DNA from: Candidatus Goldiibacteriota bacterium
GTDB taxonomy: Bacteria; Oederibacteriota; PGYV01; DSYL01
DNA length: 64,000 nucleotides
Assembly (NCBI GenBank): GCA_018000835.1
Contig: JAGNJD010000006.1
Span: 52-64,051, forward strand
Reading direction: 5' to 3'
The position numbers and the translations under genes are program-made. Positions 57,356 to 64,000 of the stretch are shown in pieces; within the stretch, counting starts at the first letter, position 1; each line of letters opens with the position of its first letter. The notes beneath the pieces were generated by a model. The model saw only the letters and a list, made by a program, of their open reading frames with translations, was not told the DNA's origin and made no database searches.

Positions 57356-58438
57356 ATGTCTAAAAAAATCAGAATAGCAATAGCAGGCATGGGTAATTGT
57401 GCCTGGTCGCTAATGCAGGGGCTTGAGTATTACAAAGACGTACCAGATTCCGAATACATTCCAGGCCTTATGCATGCAAATCTTGGTGGTTATAGAATCA
57501 GAGACATAGAACTTGTAGCGGCTTTTGACGTAGACCAGAATAAGGTTGGAAAAGATGCAAAAGACGCCCTTGAAAGTTATCCAAATAATACCATTGAAAT
57601 CGCAAAACTCAAGAAAACCGGAGTAATAGTCCAGAGAGGGAAAACTCTTGATAGTCTGGGAATTTATTATAAAAAAATTATTAAGAAGTCACTCAGGATG
57701 CCAGTAAACATTGCATCTGTATTAAAACAAACGCAGGCAGACGTTTTTATAAGTTATTTACCCGTCGGTTCTGAAAAGGCAACAAGATATTATGCATTAG
57801 AGGCATTAAAGGCAAAATGTGCTTTCATAAATGCTATCCCGGTTTTTATCGCTTCAGATAAATTATGGGCCGATAAATTTAAAAGGGCACACGTTCCGAT
57901 CATAGGAGACGATATTAAATCACAGGTCGGGGCAACGATAGTCCACAGGGTTTTGACGAAACTATTTGGCGACCGTGGTTGCAAAATTTACAGGACATAC
58001 CAGATTAATTTTGGCGGGAACATGGATTTTATGAACATGCTTGAACGGGAAAGGTTGCGTTCAAAAAAGATTTCCAAAACAAATTCCGTTTTGTCACAGA
58101 TGGGAAATCCAATAAATCCTGAAGAAGACGTGCATGTGGGGCCAAGCGACTACATTCCATGGCTTAAAGACAGGAAATGGTGTTACATAAGAATTGAAGG
58201 GTCAAATTTTGGCGATGCCCCGCTTAACCTTGAATGTAAACTGGAAGTATGGGATTCTCCAAATTCGGCAGGCGTTATAATAGATGCAATACGCTGTGCA
58301 AAAATAGCAAAAGACCGCGGTATCGGCGGAATGCTTGAAGGGCCATGCGCCTATTTTATGAAAACTCCACCAAAACAATATTCCGATTCAATTGCAAAAA
58401 AAATGGTGGAAGATTTCATAAAAGGAAAAACAAGTTAA
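57356..58438 (+). CDS. ino1: myo-Inositol-1-phosphate synthase
   Basis: [50 protein letters not shown]...[23 protein letters not shown] is near-colinear with mycobacterial Ino1 as I remember it. Confidence 0.9.
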   Translation: MSKKIRIAIAGMGNCAWSLMQGLEYYKDVPDSEYIPGLMHANLGGYRIRDIELVAAFDVDQNKVGKDAKDALESYPNNTIEIAKLKKTGVIVQRGKTLDSLGIYYKKIIKKSLRMPVNIASVLKQTQADVFISYLPVGSEKATRYYALEALKAKCAFINAIPVFIASDKLWADKFKRAHVPIIGDDIKSQVGATIVHRVLTKLFGDRGCKIYRTYQINFGGNMDFMNMLERERLRSKKISKTNSVLSQMGNPINPEEDVHVGPSDYIPWLKDRKWCYIRIEGSNFGDAPLNLECKLEVWDSPNSAGVIIDAIRCAKIAKDRGIGGMLEGPCAYFMKTPPKQYSDSIAKKMVEDFIKGKTS

Positions 58439-58446
58439 GTAACGAA

Positions 58447-59298
58447 ATGTATTTTTTTTTGAAATTTTCAGAGTTTATATTAAAAAAAATTCCAAGAAAA
58501 GCAGGATATTTTATTTTTGAATTTTTTTCAGTCATTTTGTTTTATTTTTCCAACAAAAAAAGGCAAACGTTAAAAAAAAACCTGTCCGTTATTTCTGACG
58601 TTGCCGATGTAAATAAATCTGCATTTTGTGTTTATAAAAATTATAGTCGTTATTATTTTGACCTTTTTACAAAAAAAGAAAAATTGCTTAAAAACATCGT
58701 CTCCTGCGATGAATTTGAAAATCGCATTTCAAAAGTTAAGGAAACGGCAAAACAACATCCGTTAATAATTTTTTCAATGCATCTGGGGAACTGGGATTTA
58801 GGCGGTTGTTATCTTTCATATTTGATACCTGATAAAATTAACGTCGTCGTTGAAAAACTGTCATCTGATTTGTATAAATGGTTTAAGGAAACCAGGGCCC
58901 AATGGCAGATGAAAATAATAGAAGCGGGAAACGTAAAATCAATGATTAAGGTTTTAAAAAATAACGAATGTCTTGTTATTCTTTCTGATAGGGATTTAAA
59001 AAAGAACGGCTATCAGATTGAATTTTTCGGGAGAAAAGCATACATACCTTCCGGGCCTGCAAAACTTGCATTATTAACCCATTCATATCTTATTTTAGGT
59101 GCAATGTTAAGAGATAAAAATAATCCGGAAAAATTCATTCCTTTTATAGACGATGAATTCCTAAATATGGAAGATTTACCAAAAACGGAAGAAAATTGCA
59201 TAAATTTAACCAGGGAAATGTTAAAAAGAATGGAAAAACTTGTTGCACAGTATCCTGAACAATGGTGTATGTTACAGCAAATTTTTGTTGACCAATAA
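58447..59298 (+). CDS. Lipid A-biosynthesis-type (HtrB/LpxL, PatA-like) acyltransferase 1
   Basis: Start re-set to MYFFLKF (58447) to remove the overlap with ino1. HLGNWDLGG (HX4D) motif and C-terminal YPEQWCMLQ. Confidence 0.75.
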   Translation: MYFFLKFSEFILKKIPRKAGYFIFEFFSVILFYFSNKKRQTLKKNLSVISDVADVNKSAFCVYKNYSRYYFDLFTKKEKLLKNIVSCDEFENRISKVKETAKQHPLIIFSMHLGNWDLGGCYLSYLIPDKINVVVEKLSSDLYKWFKETRAQWQMKIIEAGNVKSMIKVLKNNECLVILSDRDLKKNGYQIEFFGRKAYIPSGPAKLALLTHSYLILGAMLRDKNNPEKFIPFIDDEFLNMEDLPKTEENCINLTREMLKRMEKLVAQYPEQWCMLQQIFVDQ

Positions 59299-59310
59299 AG
59301 GTGCTACAAA

Positions 59311-60468
59311 ATGAAATCTCCAATAACAAAAATCGCAATAGTTACGCCATATTATTATCCACTGCCGGGCGGTGTTCAGGAATACGTTTATCACCTTAAA
59401 AAAGAATACAAAAAAATGGGGTTTTTTACAAAAGTCATAACCGGTGCATCAAACGGCATTTCTTTTAAGGATGAAGATGACGTAATACGAATAGGTAAAA
59501 ACCTGCCATTCTTAATAAACGGCTCAACGGGACAGATTAATTTAGTGGCGAAAAACAGCAAAATAAAAGAAATTCTTAATAAATACAATTTTGACGTAAT
59601 TCATTTCCAGGAACCATTTGTGCCTTTTTTATCACATTCAATAATAAAAAATTCCAATACAATAAACATAGGAACGTTTCATGCAAATTTTGATTCAAAC
59701 TTTTTTTACAGAATAAGTACGAATTTTTTAAGTCCTTTGTGGGACAAAATACACGGGAAAATTGCGGTTTCCATTTCTGCTCGTTCAAGCATTACAAAAT
59801 ATTTTCGTGGCGAAGTTGAAATAATACCAAACGGAGTTGATACTGTCCGTTTTAACCCAAGAAATCCAAAAATTAAAAAATTTGACGATAAAAAAATAAA
59901 CATTTTATTTACCGGAAGAATCGAAAAAAGAAAAGGGCTTATTTATCTGTTAAAAGCATATTCAAACCTTAGAAATAAATACGACAATATAAGATTAATA
60001 ATAGTAGGAAAAGGGCCTTTATTAAAAGACCACGAAAATTTCGTAAAAAGGAACAAAATAAAGGACGTTTTTTTTGAAGGTTTCGTTCCGATAAAGGAAC
60101 TCCCATATTATTATTCAACCGCCGATATTTACTGCTCTCCTGCGCTGTTCGGCGAAAGTTTCGGCATTGTTCTGCTTGAAGCGATGGCAAGCGGAATTCC
60201 CGTCGTTGCTTTTAACATAAGCGGGTATAACGACGTTGTCTCAAATCTTGAAGATGGTCTTCTTGCAATTTCACGCGACGTTCATGATTTAACTGAAAAA
60301 CTCGAATTATTAATAAAACATCCTGATTTAAGAAAAGAACTCGGCAAAAAGGGGCTGATAAAAGCAAGAAAGCATACGTGGGAAAAAATTGCACAAAAGA
60401 ACGTCGCTTTTTATCATAAAATTTACGACTCAATAACGTCTGGTAAAAACAACGAAAAGGTAATGTAA
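59311..60468 (+). CDS. GT4 glycosyltransferase, PimA-like
   Basis: IAIVTPYYYPLPGGVQEYV N-terminus and the ESFGIVLLEAMASGIPVVA EX7E block. Confidence 0.8.
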   Translation: MKSPITKIAIVTPYYYPLPGGVQEYVYHLKKEYKKMGFFTKVITGASNGISFKDEDDVIRIGKNLPFLINGSTGQINLVAKNSKIKEILNKYNFDVIHFQEPFVPFLSHSIIKNSNTINIGTFHANFDSNFFYRISTNFLSPLWDKIHGKIAVSISARSSITKYFRGEVEIIPNGVDTVRFNPRNPKIKKFDDKKINILFTGRIEKRKGLIYLLKAYSNLRNKYDNIRLIIVGKGPLLKDHENFVKRNKIKDVFFEGFVPIKELPYYYSTADIYCSPALFGESFGIVLLEAMASGIPVVAFNISGYNDVVSNLEDGLLAISRDVHDLTEKLELLIKHPDLRKELGKKGLIKARKHTWEKIAQKNVAFYHKIYDSITSGKNNEKVM

Positions 60469-61350
60469 ATGTATTATTTATTAAAATTTTTGTCACGGTT
60501 GATATCCTTATTTCCTTTAAAGTTTTTACATTTTATTTCAGGTAATCTGACACGTTTTGTTTTCCTGTTTCTGCCAGGAAAAAGAAAAAATGTATATGAA
60601 AATTATAAATACATATTGTCGGTAAAATCAGGCGGGAAATCCGGCAATACAGACATAAAAAAAACAATGTCAGAAAATTTCTACAATTATGGAAAATTTT
60701 GTGTTGAATTTCTTTATATTAATAAGTTAATAAAAAAAATTGAATCTGTCCCTGAAATTCGTGGTAAAGGAGTTGAAATAATTAAGAAAGCAAGGGAATC
60801 CGGTAAAGGTGTGATAATTGCAACCCTTCATTTTTCAAATTGGGATATTGCGGGAATTACAGCCGCCGGGAATTTTGCTTCTTTTTGCAGGGGCTGGGCT
60901 GTTGTTGATGATCTTGGTGGAGGCTATTCCAAATTTGTCCAGGAACAGAGAGCAATATATGGGATGAATATAGTTCTTCCAAACAGGAATTTAAAAGATG
61001 CTTACAGGGCGCTGCAAAATAATGATGCCCTGTGTGTCCTCGTTGACAGGCCATTGCCTCTTCATGATAAAACAGGTGTTTTTATAAATTTTCTCGGTAA
61101 AAAAGCATATGTTGCATCAGCTGCTGCACGACTCTCATTGAAAAATGGTTCAAAAATAATTCTTGGTTATCTGATGAGAGAAAAAGATTGGTTTTATGGA
61201 GTAACTTCTGATATAATTCAATATGATTTAACCGGAGATTATGAAAAAGACATTCAGATAGTAACACAGGCAATTTTCAACGAAGCAGAAAAAGTTATAT
61301 TACAATATCCTGAACAATGGTACTGTTTTAAAAAAATGTGGCTGGAATGA
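60469..61350 (+). CDS. Lipid A-biosynthesis-type (HtrB/LpxL, PatA-like) acyltransferase 2
   Basis: HFSNWDIAG (HX4D) and C-terminal YPEQWYCFKKMW. Paralogue of 58447..59298. Confidence 0.75.
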   Translation: MYYLLKFLSRLISLFPLKFLHFISGNLTRFVFLFLPGKRKNVYENYKYILSVKSGGKSGNTDIKKTMSENFYNYGKFCVEFLYINKLIKKIESVPEIRGKGVEIIKKARESGKGVIIATLHFSNWDIAGITAAGNFASFCRGWAVVDDLGGGYSKFVQEQRAIYGMNIVLPNRNLKDAYRALQNNDALCVLVDRPLPLHDKTGVFINFLGKKAYVASAAARLSLKNGSKIILGYLMREKDWFYGVTSDIIQYDLTGDYEKDIQIVTQAIFNEAEKVILQYPEQWYCFKKMWLE

Positions 61351-62060
61351 AAAATAAAAAATTACAAAAAGGTTATAGCAAAGCAGATTATCACATTCAT
61401 TCTTCAATCGGAGATGCAATTGCAACGCCGGAAGAAATAGTTGATTACTGTGAAAAATTTACTGATTTATCTATCATAGCAATAACTGATCACGACCAGA
61501 TAAAAGGCGGCATATCTGCCCGGGAATATGCAAAAAAGAAAAAATATAATCTGGAAGTGATCGCAGGCGAGGAAGTAAGCACGTCCCGCGGACATCTCGT
61601 TGGTCTTTTTATGAAAACCAGAATAAAAAGATATACCAATCTTGTTGATACCATAAAAAGCATTCATGGCCAGGGGGGTATATGCATAGTTCCACACCCT
61701 CTTTCATGGCTTACGACGAGCATTGGTGAACGCGCATTCAGAAAAATTATTGAACACAGGGATGACGACGTATATTTTGATGCGGTTGAGATGATAAACC
61801 CGGCAATTGCGGGGAAAGTCACTGCCGTAAAAGCAAAAAAGATGAACCAGTTTTACTGGAAATTACCGGTTGTCGGCGGTTCTGACGCACACTCCCTTGA
61901 CGGAATCGGTATTGCATATACGATATTTAAGGGAAAAACCGCGGAAGATTTCAAAAATTCGATCAAAAACGGTACAACGAGTTTTGACGGCAGATACATG
62001 GATTTCAACGAACATTGGATATTATTTATTGAAAAATTAAAAAGATTTAAGGTTTTTTAG
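61338..62060 (+). CDS. PHP-domain metal-dependent phosphoesterase
   Basis: ADYHIHSS, ITDHD, IVPHP and GGSDAHS His/Asp motifs of the PHP fold. Start overlaps the upstream stop. Confidence 0.8.
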   Translation: MAGMKNKKLQKGYSKADYHIHSSIGDAIATPEEIVDYCEKFTDLSIIAITDHDQIKGGISAREYAKKKKYNLEVIAGEEVSTSRGHLVGLFMKTRIKRYTNLVDTIKSIHGQGGICIVPHPLSWLTTSIGERAFRKIIEHRDDDVYFDAVEMINPAIAGKVTAVKAKKMNQFYWKLPVVGGSDAHSLDGIGIAYTIFKGKTAEDFKNSIKNGTTSFDGRYMDFNEHWILFIEKLKRFKVF

Positions 62061-62099
62061 TTCAGCATGGTATTATAAACATGCTTCACTATAAAAATT

Positions 62100-62640
62100 T
62101 GTGGTCATTCGTGTTTAGGGTTATAGGTTTCAAATAAATGACTGAAAAATAAAGGGGGAAAACAGAAAAATCGTCGTTTACCATTGCATTGCCGTCCAGT
62201 AAATTTAATGGAAGGATTGCTGCATTTTTTTCGTAATAAATTGTTTGTTTACTTCTATCAGGTTTTCGTATACTTACCTTTTATGGCTTGCGCAAACACC
62301 CTTTTTTATATTCTATCCGTGCCTCACCGTAATGCATGTCCTTATCCTGCTTCCTGTAACTTATTGCAATGAATTCCTAAAAAAATGCAATCAATCCTTC
62401 CATTTTAGTTGATGTACATTTAGTGGAACCCCCTCGGGCTAAAGCCCGAGGCTCCCACAAAAAATTCAATCAATTTGTCCCGTAGAAATTCTCTTTACGG
62501 GATTTGTTGATTGACCAGGGGACGAGGAATACCGGTGATATTCCGCAGCGACCCTGGAACCCTCCTGGCAAAGTAGATAAAACATTTTTAATGTGTGCAT
62601 TCATAAAAATACATAATTTAAAAAATATATGGAACCAGTA
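62100..62640 (-). mobile_element. MITE-like mosaic element, locus B (Z, TIR-X-TIR, GC hairpin, Y; reverse orientation relative to locus A)
   Basis: AATGGAAGGATTGCTGCATTTTTTTCG at 62207-62233 faces AAAAAAATGCAATCAATCCTTCCATT at about 62379-62404. The interior is about 75-80% identical to the reverse complement of 15832-16005. An extra hairpin CCTCGGGC-TAAA-GCCCGAGG lies at 62432-62451. Confidence 0.6.
62459..62610 (-). ncRNA. Candidate structured RNA / terminator module (module Y, copy B)
   Basis: Reverse complement carries the same CCAGGG..GGAATA-loop-TATTCC..CCCTGG helix. It also carries the TCAATCAA...TTGATTGA hairpin (62467-62514), followed by a T6 run on the minus strand. It lies about 170 nt downstream of the pckG stop. 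Confidence 0.3.
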
Positions 62641-62775
62641 TTTTTTACAGGTCAGAAGTGAATTTTCACCTCAAATAAGAAAGAATTAAAATTTGTTTTA
62701 CTTTGCCTTTATAAATGTCATCAACAAACCAATCTATATGCCTGACATTTACTCTTCTCACGGTTTATCTTTTAC

Positions 62776-64000
62776 TTAAATATTATCCGGCGTTACGTAT
62801 TCCCCTTTTATCTGTTTTAAATCCAACAAACGCTTCTTTTGTGCTTCAAGTTCCTCAAAAACTTCTTTCGGGGTATCTTTAATGCCTTTATATATGTTTA
62901 TTATTCTATCAATCTTTGCAAGATTTTCAGGAATTCTTATTTTAAATTGTTCTTTATACGCATCAAAAGTATATTCTTTTTTTAAAACGTTCATAAAAAG
63001 ATTTTTTAAATCTTCATACTTTGGTATAAAACCAATCGGCGTTTTAATTGCATCAACGTCATCATACGTTCTTAATTCCATCCATTTCAGCCATACTCTT
63101 TTATCTTCCACACCCGTAAGCCAGTTCCCGTCTTTTCCTCTCTGAAAATAGTTAACGCCGAATATTCTTGGTAAAACTTTCATTTTATTTTTTATATTCA
63201 AATAATTTTTAAGATAAGCAGCCGTTGAAATTGACAAAAATTCCATGTTTGACATTATGTTAAAAACCCTGTTTCCTTCCGTTCCTATGGCAGCTGCAGT
63301 CGTCTCAGATTCAAGAGACCCTCCCATGGTTATTACTCCATGCTCCCAGTTAAACGATTCTGCAACCGGGACGGACGTGTCAGAATCCCTCCCGCCATAT
63401 ATTATTCCCTTTAACTCAACGCCATTAACATTATGAATATTTTCATCACAATTTTTCAGTTTTTCTATGTCAATTGTATATCTTGCATTTTTATGTGCAT
63501 AATCAATTTTTTTGCCCTTTTCATCCGTCTTGCCTTTAAACCACTCTCCTGAATAATTAATTCCTTTCTCCGGTGGCGTTCTGCCATCTCCCAGCCAATA
63601 TGGAACGCCGTCTGTTATAAGGACGTTTGAAAAAATTACATCACCTTTTGTATTTAAAACCTCCCATATAAGCGGATCGGATTTGTTACTTATGTCCTGT
63701 ATTATACCAAATATACCTTTTTCAACATTTGCTGCATGCATTTTTCCATCAATAACACGTAAATAAGCAATGTCATCTCCTATGATTGTTTCCCCTTCTA
63801 CCATTGCGGTAGACGTTTTGCCACACATTGACGGATATGCACCGGAAAAATAAGATTTTCTGTTACCGGGACCTTTTATTCCCATTACGAACATGTGTTC
63901 TGCAAGCCAGCCTTCTTTTGATGCCTTGTTGATTGCAAGACGGAGCGCCAGTTTTTTAAAACCAACTGTATTTCCGGCATACTGGGTATTGCAGGAATAA
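62776..64000 (-). CDS. pckG: Phosphoenolpyruvate carboxykinase (GTP), N-terminus beyond the window end
   Basis: YPSMCGKTS kinase-1a P-loop, GDDIAYLR, and a frame open to position 64000 (upstream of the M at 63894 reads ...GWLAEHMFVMG). Confidence 0.9.
   Translation of the reverse strand, partial: YSCNTQYAGNTVGFKKLALRLAINKASKEGWLAEHMFVMGIKGPGNRKSYFSGAYPSMCGKTSTAMVEGETIIGDDIAYLRVIDGKMHAANVEKGIFGIIQDISNKSDPLIWEVLNTKGDVIFSNVLITDGVPYWLGDGRTPPEKGINYSGEWFKGKTDEKGKKIDYAHKNARYTIDIEKLKNCDENIHNVNGVELKGIIYGGRDSDTSVPVAESFNWEHGVITMGGSLESETTAAAIGTEGNRVFNIMSNMEFLSISTAAYLKNYLNIKNKMKVLPRIFGVNYFQRGKDGNWLTGVEDKRVWLKWMELRTYDDVDAIKTPIGFIPKYEDLKNLFMNVLKKEYTFDAYKEQFKIRIPENLAKIDRIINIYKGIKDTPKEVFEELEAQKKRLLDLKQIKGEYVTPDNI

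Noticed and set aside
58345-58446. Upstream start (58345) for the first acyltransferase, overlapping ino1 by about 95 nt
   Set aside because: The overlapping part translates to sequence without family similarity. The ATG at 58447 follows the ino1 stop by a few nucleotides and begins the hydrophobic N-terminus typical of this family.
1-64000. Defence islands, prophage, toxin-antitoxin pairs, tRNA/rRNA genes
   Set aside because: I scanned all intergenic gaps and unassigned ORFs. I found no nuclease/helicase/methylase/RT/Cas-type motifs and no integrase. I found no tRNA T-arm-like GGTTCGAAT-type sequences or rRNA-like stretches.

Overview
This is an AT-rich (roughly one-third GC by eye), gene-dense chromosomal segment. 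It looks like an uncultivated diderm anaerobe, judging from RodZ, a LolA-like protein, YidC/YidD, rubredoxin, a two-gene SUF system and a Re-type citrate synthase candidate. Most of the window is housekeeping. It holds a TCA-branch cluster (HMGL-type citrate synthase candidate, icd, mdh, two-subunit class I fumarase, with aconitase 8 kb further on) and SufC/SufB. It also holds pabB-pabC (fused), purA, glgP, mfd, pgpA-pgsA-rimO-rodZ-lolA-like-ftsK, a phosphohexomutase and a GH44-like hydrolase. The rpmH-rnpA-yidD-yidC-jag-mnmE block is present, followed by nadD-proA-hemW-lepB and a 3'-truncated GTP-PEPCK. Three genes missing from the ORF track were found by hand: rubredoxin (4934..5092, -), rpmH (41764..41904, +) and rnpA (41936..42268, +). 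The rnpA frame has no canonical start codon. No rRNA, tRNA, CRISPR array or recognisable defence/phage module was seen. Five things seem most worth a second look. (1) A mosaic MITE-like repeat family at four loci (about 15.8 kb, 26.6 kb, 54.1 kb and 62.1-62.6 kb) has 27-bp inverted repeats and a highly conserved, terminator-ended, RNA-like module. (2) A near-identical 0.9-kb duplication of a papain-like peptidase gene brackets an internalin-type LRR gene and a dead copy of that gene's 5' end. (3) A mycobacterial-style phosphatidylinositol / PIM-like glycolipid operon (PIP synthase, ino1, two acyltransferases, PimA-like GT4, PHP phosphoesterase) is divergently paired with a radical-SAM plus N-terminally extended MenA-like prenyltransferase. 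(4) A nested GC-rich hairpin tandem repeat lies downstream of the fumarase genes. (5) A self-contained promoter / 11-codon poly-Lys ORF / terminator unit lies upstream of ftsK. All functional calls rest on motif recognition by eye; no database search was possible.
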